Of a DNA stretch of 48,128 bases, positions 42,286-48,128 are shown piece by piece. The position numbers and the translations under genes were made by a program. The notes under the pieces are model-generated. The model had not been told where the DNA came from. It was given only the letters and a program-made list of their open reading frames with translations, and ran no database searches. Origin of the DNA: a bacterium. Its GTDB lineage: Bacteria > Patescibacteriota > Minisyncoccia > UBA6257 > 2-01-FULL-56-20. The DNA lies in contig JAKALK010000001.1 in NCBI GenBank assembly GCA_021813155.1, positions 1 through 48,128 on the forward strand, given 5' to 3'. Position 1 is the first letter of the stretch. Each line of letters begins with the position of its first letter.

Positions 42286-43572
42286 ATGGCCAAAGCACCG
42301 TCTGCTACAAACGGCATTAATCGACTGGCTGAAATCCTCGGCCTCTCGGAGAGTAACGGTCAGTACCAATACCGCTATGAAGGAAGGCTGATCCCTCTTG
42401 ATGCCATTAACGTCCTACCCCAACCTCGGCGCACCTTCGAAGACATCGAACTCTTAGCCATCGACATCGCTGACAAAGGGATCTTAAATCCCCTCACAAT
42501 TGCCGAGTTCAACCCAGAGAGCGCCACCCGCTATCTTACTGCCATCAATGCCCTATGGGGAACTTCTTTCTCCATAATAAACCTGAAACTGGGCAAGAAA
42601 GGAAACGGCAGAAAAAGATATCACGTTCTCTTAGCCGGCGAAAGACGCTTTCGATCCTGCCTCCACCTTTGGGAAAGAGGATGCGCGAAATGCCAAGAGA
42701 CTCACGGAACTGAGCCGCCTGGCACTTGCTTTAGACGCCACTTCGGAGAAGAAGGAGTGAGAGCCAGCATCTGCGTCAACATCCCGCCACTATCCGCTCT
42801 CTTCCTCCAACTCTCGGAAAACACGCATATGCGCGTTCCCCCTGAAGAAGAAGCGGAAGTTTACAGTATGCTTTTCCACCTAGTCCGGAGAGCTGACCCT
42901 AAATTCTCGATGGCGAGATTTGCCGAAAGTGTCGGTCGAAGCCCGAGCGCTATCAGAAACGCCCTTCTCTTCACCGAACTACCCGAGTCAATTCGGGGAC
43001 GAGTCGGGTCAAGCAATAACAGAATCCCCTATGGCATCGCCATAGAGCTCGCTCGACTCCAGAGAGAAGGCGTGAGCGAAGAAGATCTCACCTTATGGGC
43101 TCTGCGATCCATCGCTCAAGACTCTAAAGTTGAAGACTTCCATGAGAGTGTGACGAGGTTCATCGCTAACCGCAATTCCGGCCAAGCCAGTCTTCTAGAG
43201 ATTATGGACGCAGAAAGCGAACGAGTTCTAGCCTACACTCTAGTCCGTCAAGTAGTCGAACGGAAGTCAATCCTCGCTCTTTGGGCCTGGGTTCACTACG
43301 TCCGCCGAGTTATTACTCTTTTTGAAGATGGACAACTCGGCCAAGAGGATTCTCCGTTTTCAAAAAGAAGTCCGCTCCGATTACTTCGTAATCTCTCCCT
43401 CTTAATGAGAGATAATCTCATCCCCCACTTGAAGAGTGCCGCGCCGCACTCAAGTTGGGTCGACGAAGCAAAGAACACCTTGGATGAAGCAATTCGCGTC
43501 TCCGAATCACTTGGAGCCGAAGGAGAACCGCTACTCACCGAGGACATTCCCACCCTAGGAGGCAGTTCGTGA
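42286..43572 (+). CDS. orphan ParB/Srx-fold N-terminal-domain protein with HTH and a Cys4 insertion; divergent C-terminal half
   Basis: 428 aa. Box I-like IPLDAINVLPQPRRTFEDIELLAIDIADKGILNPLTI. Box II HVLLAGERRFRS. Insert C125-x7-C-x2-C-x11-C148. HTH-like FSMARFAESVGRSPSAIRNALLFTELPESIRGRV. Strong SD GAGGAGGccttATG. No parA is adjacent. Confidence 0.7.
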   Translation: MAKAPSATNGINRLAEILGLSESNGQYQYRYEGRLIPLDAINVLPQPRRTFEDIELLAIDIADKGILNPLTIAEFNPESATRYLTAINALWGTSFSIINLKLGKKGNGRKRYHVLLAGERRFRSCLHLWERGCAKCQETHGTEPPGTCFRRHFGEEGVRASICVNIPPLSALFLQLSENTHMRVPPEEEAEVYSMLFHLVRRADPKFSMARFAESVGRSPSAIRNALLFTELPESIRGRVGSSNNRIPYGIAIELARLQREGVSEEDLTLWALRSIAQDSKVEDFHESVTRFIANRNSGQASLLEIMDAESERVLAYTLVRQVVERKSILALWAWVHYVRRVITLFEDGQLGQEDSPFSKRSPLRLLRNLSLLMRDNLIPHLKSAAPHSSWVDEAKNTLDEAIRVSESLGAEGEPLLTEDIPTLGGSS

Positions 43573-43586
43573 AAACGACTGCCTCC
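43558..43586 (+). terminator. hairpin spanning the ParB-like gene stop codon
   Basis: GGAGGCAGT (43558-43566) pairs with ACTGCCTCC (43578-43586), a perfect 9 bp. The loop contains the TGA stop. TTCCAATTTGTT follows. Confidence 0.5.
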
Positions 43587-43755
43587 TTCCAATTTGTTAT
43601 ACTTAAACAAATGTCCCGCTATCAAAAATTTCTCCCCATTAATTGGTATTATCGCAAAGATTCTTAACAAGAAATGAAGCAAAGCCCTTTATTAAGAAAA
43701 GCAACGAACCCCTCGTAGAAGCGAAACTTAGAGAGTGACTAGATAATTATAAGAA

Positions 43756-44160
43756 ATGAAAACCTCGGGAAATTTAATCCTCCTCTTCTCACGTTTCTCT
43801 TTATTTATCGTCTTCTTTTGGTTCGGACTCCTAAAAATTATCGGAACAAGTCCAGCTAACCCGCTAGTAAAAAACCTTTTTGAAAAAACCGTCCCCTTTT
43901 TTAAATTCGAAACCTTTATTCTCCTCTTCGGCGCCTACGAAATGATTCTGGGCCTTATTTTTTTAATTCCCAGATTAGAAAAGATTGCCATCATCCTTTT
44001 TATCCCCCATATGATCACCACTTTCCTACCTCTCTTTTTCCTAAAAGCCTCAACATGGCAAGGACTTCTTACGCCAACCCTTGAAGGACAATATATCATC
44101 AAAAACTTAGTCTTAATCGCTCTCGCCCTGAACCTCGCTTTCCCCAACCCCAAAAAATAG
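43756..44160 (+). CDS. small 4-TM membrane protein (DUF417/DoxX-like, tentative)
   Basis: 134 aa. FWFGLLKIIG resembles the W.GGLKF motif I recall for DUF417/YkgB-like proteins. Assignment is tentative. Confidence 0.5.
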   Translation: MKTSGNLILLFSRFSLFIVFFWFGLLKIIGTSPANPLVKNLFEKTVPFFKFETFILLFGAYEMILGLIFLIPRLEKIAIILFIPHMITTFLPLFFLKASTWQGLLTPTLEGQYIIKNLVLIALALNLAFPNPKK

Positions 44161-44240
44161 CCCTCTCTTCCAAATTACCGAGAAATTTAGTAAAATATGC
44201 GCGCCTAGTCCTCTTAGCTAGGGGTAGGCCTTAGATTAAA

Positions 44241-44993
44241 ATGCACGAGATATCCTTAAGGGCTGAAGAAATTTTTCGAATCGGAAATTGGCCAATTACG
44301 AACGCCCTCCTCCTTTCTTTTGTGAGCCTTATTACGCTTATCCTTATAGGCATTTTAATAAAAAGAGGTTTAAAAATAGTGCCGGGTAAACTCCAGAGCA
44401 TTTTTGAGCTCCTTTTAGAACAAATATTTAAATTAATGGATTCGGTCCTTGGAGAAAGAAAACTATCTGAAAAATATCTGCCTTTGGTTGCTACCATCTT
44501 CCTTTTTATAATGACCTCAAACTGGCTCGGCCTTTTCCCTGTAATCGGCCCGATCGGCTTAAACGCCGTTCATGAAGGGAAAACTTCTTTCATCCCCCTC
44601 TTCCGCTCTCCCGCCAGCGACTTGAATTTCACTATGGGCCTCGCCATCATCGCCCTAATTTCAATCAATTTGCTCGGCGTCTTTGCCATCGGTTTCAAAA
44701 AACATTTCGGTAAATTCTTTAATTTTCATAAACCCTTCCCGGTAATTTCTTTCATTGGAATTCTTGAATTTCTATCGGAATTTGTTAAAATTGTGTCGTT
44801 CTCGTTCAGGTTGTTCGGGAATGTTTTTGCGGGAGAGGTGCTTCTATTAATTGTTGGATTCCTTGTCCCATATTTAGTACCTCTACCCTTCCTCTTTTTA
44901 GAGGTTTTCGTAGGCTTCATTCAAGCCTTCATTTTTTCAATGCTCACCTTAGTTTTTATCGCTATGGCGGTAAAACATGAAGGAGAACATTAA
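44241..44993 (+). CDS. atpB: F0F1 ATP synthase subunit a
   Basis: 250 aa. FSFRLFGNVFAGEVLL contains the essential Arg motif; multi-pass membrane protein. Confidence 0.9.
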   Translation: MHEISLRAEEIFRIGNWPITNALLLSFVSLITLILIGILIKRGLKIVPGKLQSIFELLLEQIFKLMDSVLGERKLSEKYLPLVATIFLFIMTSNWLGLFPVIGPIGLNAVHEGKTSFIPLFRSPASDLNFTMGLAIIALISINLLGVFAIGFKKHFGKFFNFHKPFPVISFIGILEFLSEFVKIVSFSFRLFGNVFAGEVLLLIVGFLVPYLVPLPFLFLEVFVGFIQAFIFSMLTLVFIAMAVKHEGEH

Positions 44994-45014
44994 AATAAAG
45001 GTCGTACCTTTTAA

Positions 45015-45281
<267 letters not shown>

Positions 45282-45306
45282 TTAATATTAAAGACGAGCT
45301 AAAACA

Positions 45307-45810
45307 ATGACCGAGTTAGTCCATCAATTAGGCCTGGACTGGAAGCTCCTCTTATCTCAGGGAGTAAATTTTTTAATTCTACTCACTGTTTTAACCATGC
45401 TCGTCTATCGACCGCTCTCAAAACTCATCGAAGAGCGGCGTAAAAAAATCGAATTCGGACTGATGGGCGCCGAGGAAGCAGAAAAACGCCTCAAAGAAAT
45501 TGACAGGATTAAAAGCGAAAAAATTGGAGAGGCTGAAAAGATCGCCTTAAACATTGTTGGTGAGTCAGAAAAAAGGGGGCAAAAAAGATTTGATGAAATC
45601 GTAAAAATTGCCGAAGTTAGGGCCAACGAGGTTTTAGTCGACGCGGCTAAAGTCGCCGAACACAAGAAACAAGAAGAACTAGCTCGGCTCACCGAAAAAG
45701 CAGGGCTTCTAATCAAGCAAGCTATCATTAAAACGGTCGAATTAGATCCTAAACACATCGACGAGAAACTTGTAAGCGAAGCTGCCCGAATCATCAAAGA
45801 GCAAGCATGA
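45307..45810 (+). CDS. atpF: F0F1 ATP synthase subunit b
   Basis: 167 aa. One N-terminal TM followed by a long charged helix (LIEERRKKIE...AEE). Positioned between atpE and atpH. Confidence 0.85.
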   Translation: MTELVHQLGLDWKLLLSQGVNFLILLTVLTMLVYRPLSKLIEERRKKIEFGLMGAEEAEKRLKEIDRIKSEKIGEAEKIALNIVGESEKRGQKRFDEIVKIAEVRANEVLVDAAKVAEHKKQEELARLTEKAGLLIKQAIIKTVELDPKHIDEKLVSEAARIIKEQA

Positions 45811-46181
45811 AATATCGAGCTGAAAATTACGCCGAAAGTTTAAGCCGGGCCCTAACTAAACATCCAAACAAAAGCGACGTACTCACTAAAAACTTCGCCC
45901 GCCTTTTGAAGAAAAACGGAGACTTAAATCTCTTCCCCAAGATTGTAGAAAACCTAAGGGTTATTCTTATTAAAAAAAGAGGCGGTCATCGAGTAAAAAT
46001 TGAGTTTGCTCGCGAACCGGAAAAAGATCAATTAAAAAGAATCACTTCTGTCTTCAACTCTGAAGACGTGATTGAAACCTATCTAAATCCCGAACTTGTT
46101 GCTGGAACAAGAATTACCATCGACGGCGAGCGCGAACTCGACAATTCCCTATCTCGTAAACTTCACAAGTTATTCTGTTGA
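45807..46181 (+). CDS. atpH: F0F1 ATP synthase subunit delta (short form, 124 aa)
   Basis: Positioned between atpF and atpA. The C-terminal [29 protein letters not shown] matches the delta/OSCP C-terminal signature. It overlaps the atpF stop as ATGA. Confidence 0.75.
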   Translation: MKYRAENYAESLSRALTKHPNKSDVLTKNFARLLKKNGDLNLFPKIVENLRVILIKKRGGHRVKIEFAREPEKDQLKRITSVFNSEDVIETYLNPELVAGTRITIDGERELDNSLSRKLHKLFC

Positions 46182-46222
46182 AATATAAGCAACGCCTTGA
46201 AAAAGTATTTCTAAGCAAACTT

Positions 46223-47755
46223 ATGTCATACGACATTATCGAAAAACTAAAAAAAGAAATCGAAGGCTTTAAGGATGAAGCTGAATTTAAAAATGTAGGC
46301 CTTGTCACTGAAACCGCTGACGGCATCGCCAAAATCACCGGTCTCCCCAATACTCTCTCGCAAGAAATTCTAACCATCGAAACTAAAAGTGGCGACGTCT
46401 CCGCTTTAGCTTCTAATCTTGAGGAAGCCTCAATCGGCACGATCATCCTTGGCGACTACGAAAAAGTAAAAATCGGAGACCGCGTACGCCAAACTGGAAA
46501 AGTTTTATCCATCAAAGTTGGCGACGAATTAATCGGCCGCGTCGTAGATCCATTAGGTAACCCTTTAGATAATAAAGGTTCTATTTTCAAAAATCCTGAA
46601 AAAGCTCCGAATTACCCCCTTGAAAAAACCGCCCCCTCCGTCATCGACCGCGAATCAGTTAAAGTTCCAGTTCATACTGGTCTTAAAGCCATCGATGCAA
46701 TGATCCCCATTGGGCGCGGGCAAAGAGAACTTATCATTGGAGACCGTTCGACTGGCAAAACCGCAATTGCCCTGGATGTTATTCTAAACCAAGCCCAAGA
46801 CCCTGGCCGCCCCCAAATCATCTGCGTCTATGTAGCCATCGGCCAGAAAAATTCAAAGATTGCTAAAATTGTAAAAACCCTGGAAGATGCCGGCGCTATG
46901 AAGTATACCGTAGTTGTCTCCGCCCCCGCTTCCGCTCCAGCCTCTCTTCAGTATTTAGCGCCCTTCACTGGCTGTGCTATCGGCGAATACTTTATGGACA
47001 AAAGTAAAGATGCTCTGGTTATCTACGACGATCTTTCAAAGCACGCTCAAAGCTATCGAGAGCTATCCCTACTTCTCCGTCGCCCCCCGGGTCGCGAAGC
47101 CTATCCAGGAGACATTTTTTACCTTCACTCCCGCCTTCTTGAACGCGCCGCTAAGCTTTCTAAGGAAAAAGGTGGCGGCTCCTTAACCGCCCTTCCTATT
47201 ATCGAAACCCAGCTCGGCGATGTTTCCGCCTACATTCCTACTAATGTCATCTCCATCACTGATGGGCAAATTTATCTTGAGTCTAGTCTTTTCTATCAGG
47301 GTCTCCGTCCGGCTGTAAACGTAGGGCTGTCCGTATCTCGTGTTGGTTCTTCAGCCCAGACTAAAGCTATGAAAAAAGTGGCTGGTCGCTTAAGACTTGA
47401 GTTGGCCCAATTTAGGGAACTCCAAGCCTTTGTCCAGTTCGCCTCTGATCTAGACGAAAACACTAAAAAGAAAATAGATCGTGGAGAGAGACTCACTGAA
47501 ATCTTAAAACAAAACGATCGAGAGCCAACCTCCTTTGAAAAGCAGGTCGTAATCCTCTACGCCGGCATTAATGGTTATCTTGACGACATTCCCAAAAACC
47601 GGATTAAGGAATTCGAAACAAAATTCACCGACTACCTTGAAAAAATCCACCGAGAAAAAATCCTTTCCTTAATTGAAAAATCAAATGAGCTAACCGAAGA
47701 AGCTGAAAAAAACTTGAAAAACGCCCTCGAAGAATTTAAACGAATTTTCACTTAA
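46223..47755 (+). CDS. atpA: F0F1 ATP synthase subunit alpha
   Basis: Walker A GDRSTGKT, plus [30 protein letters not shown] start it at ATG 46223 ([14 protein letters not shown]...), which gives the usual spacing to the DGIAKITGL block. The ORF track start (46178) is a TTG. Confidence 0.92.
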   Translation: MSYDIIEKLKKEIEGFKDEAEFKNVGLVTETADGIAKITGLPNTLSQEILTIETKSGDVSALASNLEEASIGTIILGDYEKVKIGDRVRQTGKVLSIKVGDELIGRVVDPLGNPLDNKGSIFKNPEKAPNYPLEKTAPSVIDRESVKVPVHTGLKAIDAMIPIGRGQRELIIGDRSTGKTAIALDVILNQAQDPGRPQIICVYVAIGQKNSKIAKIVKTLEDAGAMKYTVVVSAPASAPASLQYLAPFTGCAIGEYFMDKSKDALVIYDDLSKHAQSYRELSLLLRRPPGREAYPGDIFYLHSRLLERAAKLSKEKGGGSLTALPIIETQLGDVSAYIPTNVISITDGQIYLESSLFYQGLRPAVNVGLSVSRVGSSAQTKAMKKVAGRLRLELAQFRELQAFVQFASDLDENTKKKIDRGERLTEILKQNDREPTSFEKQVVILYAGINGYLDDIPKNRIKEFETKFTDYLEKIHREKILSLIEKSNELTEEAEKNLKNALEEFKRIFT

Positions 47756-47757
47756 TT

Positions 47758-48128
47758 ATGGAATCCCTTCAAAGCATCAAATCAAGACTCAGAGCTGTGA
47801 AAAATGTCGGCCAAATTACCAAAGCCATGGAGGTAGTTTCCGCTACCAAGATGCGCCGAGCCCAGGAAATTGCTTTGAATTCACGCGCCTATGCCTTTAC
47901 GGCCCTTCATTTATTAGAAAAATTAGCTAGAAACAATCCCGTCCAAAACACCCTGACTACCGAACGACCAGTTAAAAAAACTTGCCTAGTTATTGTCGCT
48001 TCTGATAAGGGTCTAACCGGCGCCTTCAATACTCAAGTCTTTCGTGCTACCGACCGATTCCTAACCAAAGAAAACTTAAAGAGCGAATCTCTCGACGTCA
48101 TCACCATCGGCAAAAAATCAACCATGTA
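47758..48128 (+). CDS. atpG: F0F1 ATP synthase subunit gamma, N-terminal part (runs off the window end)
   Basis: Manual translation gives MESLQSIKSRLRAVKNVGQITKAMEVVSATKMRRAQE..., the canonical gamma N-terminal helix. It starts 2 nt after the atpA stop. Confidence 0.9.
   Translation, partial: MESLQSIKSRLRAVKNVGQITKAMEVVSATKMRRAQEIALNSRAYAFTALHLLEKLARNNPVQNTLTTERPVKKTCLVIVASDKGLTGAFNTQVFRATDRFLTKENLKSESLDVITIGKKSTM

Noticed and set aside
38967-43572. A genomic island integrated at tRNA-Asn, given the atypical genes downstream of a tRNA.
   Set aside because: No integrase is present. I could find no direct repeat of the tRNA 3' end downstream. The genes immediately after the tRNA (speH, the BpsA-like gene, uppP) have native composition. 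The atypical genes look like separate small insertions.

Overview
The gene content and architecture look like a streamlined CPR/Patescibacteria (Parcubacteria-like) chromosome; this is an inference, since no rRNA is present to confirm it. I call about 41 protein genes, one tRNA-Asn(GUU), and no rRNA, CRISPR array, transposase or integrase.

Housekeeping content:
- Translation and RNA: leuS fragment, metG, L25, SpoU methyltransferase.
- Carbon metabolism: a non-oxidative pentose-phosphate operon (rpiB-rpe-split transketolase), gap, and a PfkB kinase.
- Other: maf, tatD, M16 peptidase, CapA, uppP, an RTPR-type class II RNR, a speH plus DUF43/BpsA-like polyamine pair, and the atpBEFHAG operon.

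About a third of the window (12.5-15.6 kb and 19.2-31.5 kb) encodes five giant Sec-secreted mosaic surface proteins. They are built from PKD, SH3b-like, Ig-like, peptidoglycan-binding and dockerin modules.

Observations the gene list does not explain:
1. A ~78-bp structured element with a 42-nt, 100% identical palindromic core sits flush against the start codons of two unrelated genes. One copy fills the spacer between the two transketolase halves.
2. A degenerate relic of a transketolase C-terminus lies just downstream of the live tktC gene.
3. A shared TATAAT-N5-9-AAAGGTC leader motif precedes the surface-protein genes.
4. Three compositionally atypical genes (including an orphan ParB-like protein with a Cys4 insert) carry canonical AGGAGG Shine-Dalgarno sites, while nearly all other genes lack one.
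5. Transcription polarity switches almost completely at 36.1-36.5 kb, in a 400-bp spacer containing a perfect DnaA box.

All domain assignments come from motif recognition by eye. No database search was run.
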